NCBI GenBank assembly: GCA_944393755.1 | Contig: CALYBF010000002.1 | Coordinates: 1-42,342 of the forward strand | DNA from: an uncultured Clostridia bacterium | GTDB lineage: Bacteria; Bacillota; Clostridia; TANB77; CAG-508 | DNA: 42,342 nucleotides | Reading direction: 5' to 3' | Shown here: positions 8,767 to 18,338 of the stretch, one piece after another | Numbering within the stretch: the stretch's first letter is position 1 | Layout of the letters: the number at the start of each line of letters is the position of its first letter | The notes under the pieces: generated by a model | What the model was told of the DNA's origin: nothing | The model's database searches: none | What the model saw: the letters and a program-made list of their open reading frames with translations, nothing else | Translations under genes and position numbers: made by a program

Positions 8767-9315
8767 ATGAAAATAGAGATTGAAGAAGAAAAGTATAATG
8801 AACTTTTAGAATTGTTAAATAAAGAAAATATAAAACATATAACAAAAAAACAACATGATATATATTTTTCACCAGAAAACCCTAAATTTTTTGGAGAAGA
8901 TATAGATGATGAATGTATTAGAATTAGAGTAGAAGGAAATAAATATATATTATGTTATAAAAAAATATATTTTGGTAAAGATGAAAATGATATACATATA
9001 GCAGAATATGAGACAGAAGTATCGAATTTAGAAGCAACGATTAATATATTAAAAGGTGTAAGAATAAACAAAATATGTGATTTAATAAAGAAAAGAGATA
9101 GTTATATTTATAAAAATATATATGAAATATCATTAGATAAAGTAGAAGATTTAGGTTATTTTATAGAAATTGAGATATATGATAAAGAACTACCAATAAA
9201 AGAAGCTAATAAATTATTATTAGAATTTGTAAAAGAATTTAGTTTAGATATAACTAAAAGAAATTTAAAAGGATATTCATATTTAATGTATGAAAAATTA
9301 AACAGCAAAAATTAG
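8767..9315 (+). CDS. CYTH-domain protein (CyaB-like class IV adenylyl cyclase / triphosphatase fold)
   Basis: CYTH pattern: N-terminal IEIE..K, Q.D.YF, IRIR, E.ET.V, I.K.R..Y, and the hallmark LDKVEDLGYFIEIEI. There is no good RBS of its own, because the ATG lies inside the in-frame continuation of the upstream HTH ORF once one C is removed. Confidence 0.7.
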   Translation: MKIEIEEEKYNELLELLNKENIKHITKKQHDIYFSPENPKFFGEDIDDECIRIRVEGNKYILCYKKIYFGKDENDIHIAEYETEVSNLEATINILKGVRINKICDLIKKRDSYIYKNIYEISLDKVEDLGYFIEIEIYDKELPIKEANKLLLEFVKEFSLDITKRNLKGYSYLMYEKLNSKN

Positions 9316-9340
9316 GAATAATGTTTTCCTAATTTTTTTG
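9311..9340 (+). terminator. Rho-independent terminator after the CYTH gene
   Basis: Hairpin ATTAGGAA / TTCCTAAT (8 bp, 6-nt loop) followed by TTTTTTT. Confidence 0.65.
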
Positions 9341-9402
9341 TTTTACTTTAACCTCAAAATATGTTACAATATACACATTACAAGATATTTTAAGGTGGTA
9401 GT

Positions 9403-11298
9403 ATGTTAGAAAAAGTAAATTCATTAGAAGATTTAAAAAAATTAAATATAGAAGACAAAAAGATATTAGCTAAAGATATAAGAAAATATATATTAGAAAT
9501 AGTATCTAAAAACGGAGGACATCTAGCATCAAATTTAGGCGTTGTTGAGCTTACAATAGCAATTGACAGTGTATTTAACTTGCCAGAAGATAAAGTTGTG
9601 TGGGACGTAGGGCATCAAACTTATGTGCATAAAATATTAACTGGAAGAAAAGAGCAAATGAAAACATTAAGAACTCTAAATGGAATAGCAGGCTTTCCAA
9701 AAACAAACGAATCAGAAACAGACTGTTTTAATACAGGACATAGTAGTACATCAATATCAGCAGCATTGGGTATGGCAAGAGCAAGAGATATCGAAAATAA
9801 AAACAATTCAGTCATTGCAGTAATAGGAGATGGAGCTTTAACTGGTGGTATGGCATTAGAAGCATTAAATGATGCAGGATATAGTGGAACAAAAATGACT
9901 GTTATATTAAACGATAACGAAATGAGCATATCAAAAAATATTGGTGGTATGAATATGCTCTTAAGTAAATTAAGAACAAAAAGAACTTATACAAAATCAA
10001 ATATTTCTTTGAAAAAAATAATAAACAAAATACCAGTAATAGGAAAACCATTTGTAAAAATAGTTCAAATAATAAAAAGAAGTATAAAACAATTAATAAT
10101 ACCTAAAATGTTTTTTGAAGATATAGGTTTTAGATATTTAGGACCAGTAGACGGGCATAATATAGAAGAATTAGAAAGGATGCTTAAAATAACAAAAGAA
10201 TTAGACGGTCCAGTTCTTTTACACGTTTTAACAAAAAAAGGGAAAGGTTATAAAATAGCAGAAGAAAACCCAGATAAATATCACGCAACAGGTCCTTTTG
10301 ATATAGAAACAGGAAAAACGATAGGAGAAAAGAAAAAAGACTATTCAAAAGTATTTGGTGATAAATTAATAAAAATGGCAAAAGAAAATAAAAAAATAGT
10401 TGCAATAACAGCATCAATGAAAGATGGAACAGGCTTAAAAGAATTTCAAAAAGAATTTCCAGATAGATTTTTTGATATAGGAATTGCAGAACAACACGCA
10501 ATAGGTTTGGCAGCAGGTATGGCAAAAGCAGGGCTTATTCCGTTTGTACCAATATATTCATCATTTTACCAAAGAGCATATGACCAAGTAATACATGATA
10601 TTGCAATACAAAACTTACCAGTTGTAATGTTAGTAGATAGAGCAGGAATAGTAGGGCAAGACGGAGAAACACATCAAGGAACATTTGATATGGCATTTTT
10701 TAGATTAGTACCTAATCTTGTTATAATGGCACCAAAAGATTTCAAAGAATTAGAAGAAATGATGGAGTTTGCTAGTAAAATAAAAAGACCAGTTGTAATT
10801 AGATATCCAAGAGGTGGAGAAAATAACAATATAAAATTCCAGAAATGTGAAAAAATAGATTTAGCAAAAGCAGAAATATTAAATAAAGGAAAAGATGTGT
10901 CAATAATTGCGATTGGAAAAACAGTATCTAGAGCAATGGAAGTTTCAAATATGCTAAAAAAAGATAAAATAGAAGCAGATGTGATAAATACTAGATTTTT
11001 AAAGCCATTAGATAAAGAAAAAATAAAAAAATCTATAGAAAAAACAAAATTTGTAATAACTGTAGAAGATGGAACAATTATAAATGGTTTAGGAACAGCT
11101 ATAAAAGAATTAATAATAGATGAAAATATAAAAGATGTGAAAATAAAATTATTTGCATATCCAGATGAATTTATAAAACACGGAAAAGTAGAAGAATTAG
11201 AAGAAATATATCATCAAGACATAAATTCAATTTATAATTATATTAAAAATAATATTATCAAAGAAAAAGAACATCAAAACGAGAATATTAGTAAATAA
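9403..11298 (+). CDS. dxs: 1-deoxy-D-xylulose-5-phosphate synthase
   Basis: Dxs signature stretches (GGHLASNLGVVELTIA, VWDVGHQTYVHKILTGR, GDGALTGGMALEALN, GPVDGHN, GIAEQHA, DGETHQG). Confidence 0.95.
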   Translation: MLEKVNSLEDLKKLNIEDKKILAKDIRKYILEIVSKNGGHLASNLGVVELTIAIDSVFNLPEDKVVWDVGHQTYVHKILTGRKEQMKTLRTLNGIAGFPKTNESETDCFNTGHSSTSISAALGMARARDIENKNNSVIAVIGDGALTGGMALEALNDAGYSGTKMTVILNDNEMSISKNIGGMNMLLSKLRTKRTYTKSNISLKKIINKIPVIGKPFVKIVQIIKRSIKQLIIPKMFFEDIGFRYLGPVDGHNIEELERMLKITKELDGPVLLHVLTKKGKGYKIAEENPDKYHATGPFDIETGKTIGEKKKDYSKVFGDKLIKMAKENKKIVAITASMKDGTGLKEFQKEFPDRFFDIGIAEQHAIGLAAGMAKAGLIPFVPIYSSFYQRAYDQVIHDIAIQNLPVVMLVDRAGIVGQDGETHQGTFDMAFFRLVPNLVIMAPKDFKELEEMMEFASKIKRPVVIRYPRGGENNNIKFQKCEKIDLAKAEILNKGKDVSIIAIGKTVSRAMEVSNMLKKDKIEADVINTRFLKPLDKEKIKKSIEKTKFVITVEDGTIINGLGTAIKELIIDENIKDVKIKLFAYPDEFIKHGKVEELEEIYHQDINSIYNYIKNNIIKEKEHQNENISK

Positions 11299-11363
11299 TA
11301 AAAATAAAAGAAAGAAAAAAGTAAAAAATAAGAAGTAAAAACCAGAAAGGAAAATAAAAAATA

Positions 11364-12167
11364 ATGAATAAACAAGATTTTTTAAAAGACTATAAAAAAC
11401 AAGAAGATAAAATGTTACTTGCTCAAGTATTAGACAAAATAGAATTTGTAAAAACAAGAGGAAAATTAGAATATACAGATTTTCTAGATATGTATCAGAT
11501 ATCATTAGTAGAAAACTTCTTAAAAAAGATAAAATTTGAAAACTATAAATTATATGGTGGATATGAAGATGCAGAAAGAAAAGTTTTAATAATCTATCCG
11601 GAAAAATATGACGAGACAATGTTAGAAAAAAATTATTCAAAAATATTAAAATCAGTAAGAGTAACTTTGCCAGAAGAAGAAAAAGGAAAATACTCACATA
11701 GAAATTATCTAGGCGGAATAGTAAAATTAGGCTTAAAAAGAGAAAAAGTAGGAGATATATTGGTATCAGATACAGGATCAGATATTATAGTAATGGAAGA
11801 TTTTTCAGAAATACTAAAAAAAGAACTTCCATCACTTACAAGGTTTGAAAATAGCAAAATAGAAATAATAGAATTGAAAGATTTAAGAAAAAAAGAAATA
11901 AAAATAGAAGATATAAAAATAATAGTACCTTCATTAAGAGTAGATAATATAGTATCAGACCTAGCAAGAACATCTAGAAGTAAAGCAAAACAAATAATAG
12001 AACAAGAAAGAGTATTTATAAATGGACAAAATGAAACAAAATTATCAAAACAAATAAAATTAAATGACATTATTACAATAAGAGGAAAAGGAAGGTTTGT
12101 AATAAAAGAATTTGAAGGAACAACAAGAAGCGGAAGACAAGTAATAGTAATAGAAAAATACATTTGA
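11364..12167 (+). CDS. ylmH: YlmH-family RNA-binding protein (S4 domain)
   Basis: N-terminal YlmH-like region (YTDFLD....., GGYEDAERKVLIIYPE), a central RRM-like part and a C-terminal S4 domain (LRVDNIVSDLARTSRSKAKQIIEQERVFINGQ). The stop TGA 12165-12167 lies in the first bases of a repeat element. Confidence 0.8.
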   Translation: MNKQDFLKDYKKQEDKMLLAQVLDKIEFVKTRGKLEYTDFLDMYQISLVENFLKKIKFENYKLYGGYEDAERKVLIIYPEKYDETMLEKNYSKILKSVRVTLPEEEKGKYSHRNYLGGIVKLGLKREKVGDILVSDTGSDIIVMEDFSEILKKELPSLTRFENSKIEIIELKDLRKKEIKIEDIKIIVPSLRVDNIVSDLARTSRSKAKQIIEQERVFINGQNETKLSKQIKLNDIITIRGKGRFVIKEFEGTTRSGRQVIVIEKYI

Positions 12168-12201
12168 GACAAAGCGGGACACCCATTTTTTGTCTCATTT
12201 T
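12165..12201 (+). repeat. Dispersed hairpin repeat, copy c1. Terminator-like, and it supplies the ylmH stop codon.
   Basis: Sequence tgagacaaagcgggacacccattttttgtctcatttt. It forms a 9-bp stem TGAGACAAA/TTTGTCTCA with a 15-nt G-rich loop and a T-run. It is the exact reverse complement of the copy at 12254-12294. Confidence 0.85.
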
Positions 12202-12253
12202 TTTAATTACAATAGTGTAAAATATAATTTGTGTTTTACTTAAAAAATATTCT

Positions 12254-12294
12254 AAAATGAGACAAAAAATGGGTGTCCCGCTTTGTCTCATTTT
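12254..12294 (-). repeat. Dispersed hairpin repeat, copy c2 (inverted). Terminator-like, and it supplies the mutS2 stop codon.
   Basis: Sequence aaaatgagacaaaaaatgggtgtcccgctttgtctcatttt, a perfect inverted copy of c1 about 52 nt away. The mutS2 stop (TGA, complement of 12288-12290) is the TGA of the element. Confidence 0.85.
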
Positions 12295-14708
12295 AGTTCT
12301 ACGATTGTTACTCCCATTTCTCCTTCTCCATATGTTCCTAGTCTAAATGATTTTACGTGTGGGTTTGTTTTTAAAAACTTATGTATTCCTTTCATTAGTT
12401 TTCCAGTTCCTTTTCCGTGAACTATTCTTACACTTGTTAGTTTTGAAAGTGTAGCATCATCTAAAAATTTATCTACTACAAATGTTGCTTCTTCTACATT
12501 AAATCCTATAACATTTATTTCTGATTTTATATTTTTTGCTTTTGATAAATTAGAATAAGTAGATGTTAAAGTATTATTTGTATTTGTTTTATTGTTATCA
12601 GTTTTTTTATTAGAGTTATCATTATGTGCTTTTTCTAACTCATCTATTGACACATTTGTTTTTATAACACCAATTTGTACTTGTACTTCATTTGATTTTG
12701 ATATTCTAGAAAGTACAATTCCATTTTGATTAAATTTTCGTATAAAAACTTCCATATTTGGTTTAATATCATCTTTATTAATTAAGTTTAGATTTTTATT
12801 TATATTTTTATCTGTATTTTTTCTTGTGCTGTTACTTTTATCTTCTGAAATGTTTATTCTACTTATTTTATTTATCTTATTATTTAATTTGTTTCTAATA
12901 TTTTCTGCTGATTTTGTATTTGAAATATTATTAAGTTCTTTTATAATTTCATTTGCTTCATCTTTGGCATCAAGTAAAATATTTCTAGCCTTTATTTTTG
13001 CTTCATTTATTATATTTTCTTCTTGTCTTTGTAAGTTTTCATTATCTAAAACTAGAGATTTTTCTAGATTAGATATATTTTTTAATTTTTTATCAATTTC
13101 TAGTTTTTCATCTTCAATTTTAGATTTTTGGTCATAAATATTTTTTAAAAGTTCTTCAAAGTCTATTTGTTCTTTAGACATCATAGATTTTGCTTTATTT
13201 ATAATTGAATTAAGTAGTCCTAAGTTTTTACTTATTGCAAAAGCATTACTTTTACCAGGAATTCCCACTAATAAGTGGTATGTTGGAGACATTGTTTCTA
13301 CATTAAATTCTACAGACGCGTTTTCAAAACCAGTATTAGATAGGGCATATTGTTTTAATTCTTGGTAATGTGTAGTTGCAATTGTTAAACTTCCTAAATT
13401 ATATAAGTATTCTAAAATACTAATTGCAAGGTTAGCTCCTTCTACAGGGTCTGTTCCTGAACCTAGTTCATCTACTAATATTAATGATTCTTTACTTGCA
13501 TTTTTTATTATTTTTACTATGTTTAACATATGTGATGAAAATGTACTTAAAGAATCTTGTATGCTCTGGTCATCTCCGATATCTGCAAATATTTTATCAA
13601 ATACATATATTTTAGAACCTTCTGATGCAGGTATATTTAAACCTGAACAAGCCATAGAAGTTAATAAGCCAACTGTTTTTAATGCTACAGTTTTACCACC
13701 AGTATTTGGACCTGTTATTAATAATGTATTAAAATCTTTGCCAAGTGATAGGCTAATTGGAACAACTTTATTTTCATCTATTAATGGATGACAGACATTT
13801 TTTAGTTCTATTTGTTTTTCTTTACTAAGAATAGGAGTTATTCCATTTATTTTTCTTGAGTATTTAGCTTTAGCAAATATAAAGTCAAGTTTCCCAATTA
13901 ATTCTACGTCTTGTTTTAATTCTTCTATATAAGGTGTAAATAAAAAAGAAAGTTTTTGTAAAATTTTTTCTATTTCGTATTGTTCTTCAACTTTTAATTT
14001 ATTAATTTCATTATTCATCTCAAAAATTGAAGTTGGTTCAATAAATAAAGTAGAACCAGCATTTGATACATCGTGTACAAAACCTTTTACTTGTGATTTA
14101 TATTCTTCTTTTACAGGAATAACAAACCTATCATTTCTAATTGTTATGATATTATCTTGTAAGTATTTTGAAAATTTTCCGTGTATCATATCATTTAATT
14201 TATTTCTAATATCTTGTTCTAAATTTTTTTGTTTTTTTCTGATATTTTTTAATTCTAAAGAAGCATCATCTTCTATTAATTCTTCAGAAGAAATACATTT
14301 TTCTATTTCATATATTATATTTTTATTTGTATATAGCATATCAAATAAATTAGATAAAATAGGAAAGTTATCTTTATTTATATAATCTTTATCAAAATAT
14401 TTTTTTAACTCAAAAGAATTGCTTAATATTATATTTAAGTTTAAGATAGCAGGAATAGAAAGAGAATTTCCACTTTCTAAATTTTTAATACTTAAATTGA
14501 TATCAAAAAAATCATAAAAATTTGGTTCTGAATTTTTATATATTAATAAAACAGCTTCAGATGTTTCCTCTAAAGTTTTTTCTACTTCATTATAATTATT
14601 ACTTGGTCTTAATTTTGTTGTAATTTCTTTTCCTTTTGTAGTTATACAAAAACCAAGTAAAATTTCTAATATTTTATCAAATTCTAATTTTTTTAAATTA
14701 ATATCCAT
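12288..14708 (-). CDS. mutS2: Endonuclease MutS2 (MutS domain V ATPase plus C-terminal Smr domain)
   Basis: Walker A LITGPNTGGKT, MutS signature STFSSHM, DELGSGTDP, and a C-terminal Smr (INVIGFNVEEA....VRIVHGKGTGKL). ATG-14708 (MDINLKKLEFDKILE) with AGGAG 7 nt upstream is preferred over the longer track ORF that runs to 14759. Confidence 0.92.
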   Translation of the reverse strand: MDINLKKLEFDKILEILLGFCITTKGKEITTKLRPSNNYNEVEKTLEETSEAVLLIYKNSEPNFYDFFDINLSIKNLESGNSLSIPAILNLNIILSNSFELKKYFDKDYINKDNFPILSNLFDMLYTNKNIIYEIEKCISSEELIEDDASLELKNIRKKQKNLEQDIRNKLNDMIHGKFSKYLQDNIITIRNDRFVIPVKEEYKSQVKGFVHDVSNAGSTLFIEPTSIFEMNNEINKLKVEEQYEIEKILQKLSFLFTPYIEELKQDVELIGKLDFIFAKAKYSRKINGITPILSKEKQIELKNVCHPLIDENKVVPISLSLGKDFNTLLITGPNTGGKTVALKTVGLLTSMACSGLNIPASEGSKIYVFDKIFADIGDDQSIQDSLSTFSSHMLNIVKIIKNASKESLILVDELGSGTDPVEGANLAISILEYLYNLGSLTIATTHYQELKQYALSNTGFENASVEFNVETMSPTYHLLVGIPGKSNAFAISKNLGLLNSIINKAKSMMSKEQIDFEELLKNIYDQKSKIEDEKLEIDKKLKNISNLEKSLVLDNENLQRQEENIINEAKIKARNILLDAKDEANEIIKELNNISNTKSAENIRNKLNNKINKISRINISEDKSNSTRKNTDKNINKNLNLINKDDIKPNMEVFIRKFNQNGIVLSRISKSNEVQVQIGVIKTNVSIDELEKAHNDNSNKKTDNNKTNTNNTLTSTYSNLSKAKNIKSEINVIGFNVEEATFVVDKFLDDATLSKLTSVRIVHGKGTGKLMKGIHKFLKTNPHVKSFRLGTYGEGEMGVTIVELK

Positions 14709-14761
14709 TTTGAAATCTCCTAACACATTAATTATACTAGGAAATAAAGGCTTAGTCAAAT

Positions 14762-14790
14762 TTGATTTTATGTCAATAACATGATATAAT
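14762..14790 (+). promoter_or_regulatory. Near-consensus sigmaA promoter for the orphan 157-aa gene
   Basis: TTGATT (14762-14767), a 17-nt spacer, then TATAAT (14785-14790). Confidence 0.6.
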
Positions 14791-14841
14791 ATAAATATGC
14801 GTTAGCAATATTTGTTGGTCAAAGTGTTGCAAGGAGAAAAA

Positions 14842-15315
14842 ATGACTGAGACGATTGGAACGACGATTCTGAGGAAGATGGAAGAAGGGCAAGACAAGCT
14901 TTACTTTATAAATGAGATTGGTAGGATAGATGCAGTAATAGATGATGATACAAATATGGCAGAAGGAGTTTTACACATAACTATTTGTGCTGCAACACCT
15001 AAAAAGGAAGTGGAGAGTAAAGAAGAACTGACAAAGAATATAATTCAAGTTCTTATTGGATGCTTTTCTGAAGACGGAGAAGAAACTGAGGGATGGTGGA
15101 AGAACGTATCTAAGATTGATGCTAGTATTCGACTAGGAAGTCCTTTCTCAGAAAACTATTTTACATCCTATGATGTTCCGATTGTTGTAGCAAGAGATGC
15201 TTACGACCCAGAAGCTATTTTTGATTCTTGGTATCTTGAATATAAAGATGCTGAGTTCCAAAACTCAATAACTCCATATGATGACTGGGTGATGTGGGAA
15301 TTAGAGTGCATATAA
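14842..15315 (+). CDS. Hypothetical acidic cytoplasmic protein (157 aa)
   Basis: ATG-14842 is preceded by AAGGAGAA. It has no TM segment or signal peptide and no family was recognised. Codon usage and GC are visibly different from its neighbours, and it has its own promoter and a strong terminator. Confidence 0.6.
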   Translation: MTETIGTTILRKMEEGQDKLYFINEIGRIDAVIDDDTNMAEGVLHITICAATPKKEVESKEELTKNIIQVLIGCFSEDGEETEGWWKNVSKIDASIRLGSPFSENYFTSYDVPIVVARDAYDPEAIFDSWYLEYKDAEFQNSITPYDDWVMWELECI

Positions 15316-15365
15316 AACTAGCTTACTTAAAGCGTCGACCAACAAAAAAAGTTGGATAATTATCC

Positions 15366-15409
15366 AAAACTGAAAAAGACTTCGAAAGAGGTCTTTTTCA
15401 GTTTTGTTT
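15366..15409 (+). terminator. Rho-independent terminator
   Basis: 15-bp perfect hairpin AAAACTGAAAAAGAC (15366-15380) / GTCTTTTTCAGTTTT (15391-15405) followed by GTTT. Confidence 0.8.
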
Positions 15410-15503
15410 AAATAATATTTTATAAAAATTAATTTTAAAAATAAATTGCAAAAGGATAAAAAATGTGATATAAAGAAGATAATAAATTTAAGAAGAAGGT
15501 GAA

Positions 15504-16241
15504 TTGATGATAAAGGCTTATGCGAAATCTGATGTCGGAAAAGTAAGAGAATTAAATGAAGACTCTTTTTATATATCTGATTCGCTAGATGAAATACAAT
15601 TATATATCTTAGCTGACGGTATGGGAGGCTATAAAGGTGGAGAAGTTGCAAGTAAGCTTGCAATACAGTCTGCTAAAAATTATATAGAAAGCAATTTTAA
15701 AGAAATAGAAAAAGATAAAGATAGTATAATTCAATTAGTAGGAAGTAGCGTTGAATATGCAAATATGATAGTATATGAAAAGTCAAAAGAAAATGACGAA
15801 TTAAACGGAATGGGTACTACTTTAGATGTTTGTTTAATATATAATAATAGAGTGTTTATTGGACATGTTGGTGATAGTCGAGTATACAGAATAAGAAAAG
15901 AATTTATGAGAAAATTAACACAAGACCATAGTTATGTACAAAAATTAGTAAAAGATGGTACTATAACAAAAGAAGAAGCAGTGCATCACCCACAAAAGAA
16001 TATGTTAATGAAAGCACTAGGTTGTAATGCTTTTGTAGAGCCAGATGTTATGGTAAAAGGTTTCTTAAAAGATGATATTTTAATAATGAATTCAGACGGA
16101 CTAACAAATTTAGTATCACAAGAAGAAATTTTTAAAGAAGCTAAAAAAGATATAGAACAAGCACCAAAAGAATTAGTAAATTTAGCAAACGGAAAAGGCG
16201 GATATGATAATATAACAGTGATTGTAATTAAAAACATATAA
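15504..16241 (+). CDS. stp: PP2C-family Ser/Thr protein phosphatase (Stp/PrpC)
   Basis: PP2C motifs SDVGKVRELNED, LADGMGG, NGMGTT, GDSRVY, NSDGL, GGYDNITV. It lies immediately upstream of the PASTA kinase gene. Confidence 0.93.
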   Translation: MMIKAYAKSDVGKVRELNEDSFYISDSLDEIQLYILADGMGGYKGGEVASKLAIQSAKNYIESNFKEIEKDKDSIIQLVGSSVEYANMIVYEKSKENDELNGMGTTLDVCLIYNNRVFIGHVGDSRVYRIRKEFMRKLTQDHSYVQKLVKDGTITKEEAVHHPQKNMLMKALGCNAFVEPDVMVKGFLKDDILIMNSDGLTNLVSQEEIFKEAKKDIEQAPKELVNLANGKGGYDNITVIVIKNI

Positions 16242-16281
16242 CGTTCTACAAAATAAACATTATTTAAGGAGAGATAAAATT

Positions 16282-18270
16282 ATGAATTTAGAAGGTAAAC
16301 TATTAGGTGGTAGATATGAAATTATCGAGAAAATAGGAAATGGTGGGATGGCTACCGTTTATAGAGCAACAGATAAAGTTTTGAAAAGAGATGTTGCTGT
16401 AAAAATATTAAGAGATGAGTTTACAACAGATGAAGAGTTTATTAAAAGATTTGAAGTAGAAGCACAGTCAGCAGCAAGATTAACGCACCCAAATATAGTA
16501 TCAATATATGATGTAGGTGTAGAAGATAATTTTAATTATATTGTTATGGAGTTAATTAGAGGAAAAACTTTAAAAGAGATAATATTAGAAGAAAAAGGAC
16601 CACTTCCTTGGAAATGGTCAGTAAATGTAGCAATACAAATTGCATCTGCGTTAGAAACAGCTCATAGAAATAATATTATACATAGAGATATAAAACCACA
16701 TAATATTATAATCACAGAAGATGGAATTGCTAAAGTAACAGATTTTGGTATAGCAAAAGCAGTTTCAAATTCAACTATTACAGCATTTGGAACAACAATT
16801 GGTTCTGTACACTATTTTTCACCAGAACACGCAAGAGGTGGTTTTACAGATGCTAAGTCAGATTTATATTCACTAGGTGTTGTTTTATATGAAATGGTAA
16901 CAGGAAAAGTACCATTTGATGCAGATACACCAGTATCTGTAGCATTAAAACATATGCAAGAAAAACCACAAGAACCAATAGAAGTAAACCCAAATGTACC
17001 TATAGCTGTAAATAAAATAATAATGAAAGCACTTCAAAAAGATACAAATTTAAGATATCAAACAGCAACAGATATGTTAGAAGATTTAAGAAAAGCATTA
17101 AAAAACCCAGATGGTGATTTTGTAGATGATGAAGAATATGATCCAACAGCAAAAACACAAGTATTACATACAGAAATGTATAATAATGTAAGAGGAGATA
17201 AAAAACAAAACGAAAATACTAAAAAAGATGGAAAGTTTAAAGCTTTTATAAAAAGACATAAAAAATTAAGCATATTTATAGGTCTTATATTGCTATTCAC
17301 ACTAAGCTTAGGTGGAACAATGTTAGCATTAAACTTAACAAACCCAGCAGAAGTTGATATGCCAAATGTAGTTGGTTTATCTCAAGATGAAGCAAAACAA
17401 GATATAGAAGAAGCTAAACTTGTATTTGAAGTAGCAGGTGAAGAATATAATAAAGATGTTCCAGAAGGTTTTGTAATATCACAAAAAGCAGAAGATGATT
17501 TAGGTGATTTTACAACTACACCACAAAATAAAAAGGTAAAAGAAGGAAGCAAAGTATTAGTTAAAATTAGTAAGGGACAAGAAAAAACTACTGTTCCAAA
17601 TGTAGAAGGAAAAGAAAAAGAAGAAGCTATAAAAATGCTAGAAGATGCTAAATTAAAAGTAGAAGTTATTGAAGAAACAAGTAAAACAGTCAAAGAAGGT
17701 TATGTAATTAGCCAAGAAACAGAACCAGATAGTGAAGCTTTTGCAGGTGATACTGTAAAGATTCATGTAAGCACAGGAACAGGTATTAAACAAGTAACTG
17801 TAATTAGTGTAATTGGTCAAGATGAAGCTACTGCAAAATCTAACTTGGAAAACCTAGGTTTGAAGGTTAATGTAACATATAAAGATGCAACATCTAATAA
17901 TGGAAAAGTTACAGCACAAAGTATTGATGCAAATAAAACAGTTGATGAAGGTACAACAATAACAATAACAGTAAACCAAGTAGCAGAAGATAGGGAAGTA
18001 ACTGTAAATGTCGCTGTTAAAAAATTAGTTGAAATTTATTTTGAAGCTCAAAGTGAAGAAGAAAATATAAATCGAAATGTAAATGTTAAAGTTAATAATG
18101 AAACAAGAACAGTAAATAGTTCTGCTGACAATTGCGAAATAAAATTATCAGGAAAAGAAGGACAATCACTAACAATAAATGTATCTATAACTGATGGCAG
18201 TACAGTGATTTACAGCTCAAGTCAAACAATAACAGTAGGTTCACAAAATACAGTAACTTTCAATAGTTAA
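16282..18270 (+). CDS. prkC: Ser/Thr protein kinase with extracellular PASTA repeats (PrkC/Stk1-like)
   Basis: Hanks kinase motifs (GNGGMATVY, VAVKIL, HRDIKPHNI, DFGIAK, SPE), one TM helix, three PASTA-like repeats (PNVVGLS.., VPNVEGKE.., VISVIGQD..) and an extra C-terminal beta-rich domain. Confidence 0.93.
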   Translation: MNLEGKLLGGRYEIIEKIGNGGMATVYRATDKVLKRDVAVKILRDEFTTDEEFIKRFEVEAQSAARLTHPNIVSIYDVGVEDNFNYIVMELIRGKTLKEIILEEKGPLPWKWSVNVAIQIASALETAHRNNIIHRDIKPHNIIITEDGIAKVTDFGIAKAVSNSTITAFGTTIGSVHYFSPEHARGGFTDAKSDLYSLGVVLYEMVTGKVPFDADTPVSVALKHMQEKPQEPIEVNPNVPIAVNKIIMKALQKDTNLRYQTATDMLEDLRKALKNPDGDFVDDEEYDPTAKTQVLHTEMYNNVRGDKKQNENTKKDGKFKAFIKRHKKLSIFIGLILLFTLSLGGTMLALNLTNPAEVDMPNVVGLSQDEAKQDIEEAKLVFEVAGEEYNKDVPEGFVISQKAEDDLGDFTTTPQNKKVKEGSKVLVKISKGQEKTTVPNVEGKEKEEAIKMLEDAKLKVEVIEETSKTVKEGYVISQETEPDSEAFAGDTVKIHVSTGTGIKQVTVISVIGQDEATAKSNLENLGLKVNVTYKDATSNNGKVTAQSIDANKTVDEGTTITITVNQVAEDREVTVNVAVKKLVEIYFEAQSEEENINRNVNVKVNNETRTVNSSADNCEIKLSGKEGQSLTINVSITDGSTVIYSSSQTITVGSQNTVTFNS

Positions 18271-18338
18271 AAACAAAATTGACAGTAAAGAAAAAATACT
18301 TTATAATATAAATATAGAATTTAAAAGGAGGAAGTGTT

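Noticed and set aside
12540-13140. Repetitive-looking Asn/Lys-rich stretch in mutS2, and similar K/E-rich periodic stretches in other genes, considered as possible tandem repeats or a CRISPR-like array
   Set aside because: These are in-frame low-complexity coding segments with no exact repeat units and no repeat/spacer organisation.
14817-14823. Single GGTCAAA heptad upstream of the orphan 157-aa gene, considered as a possible CtsR site
   Set aside because: Only one heptad is present, with no second repeat at the required 3-nt spacing. It does not fit the CtsR direct-repeat operator.
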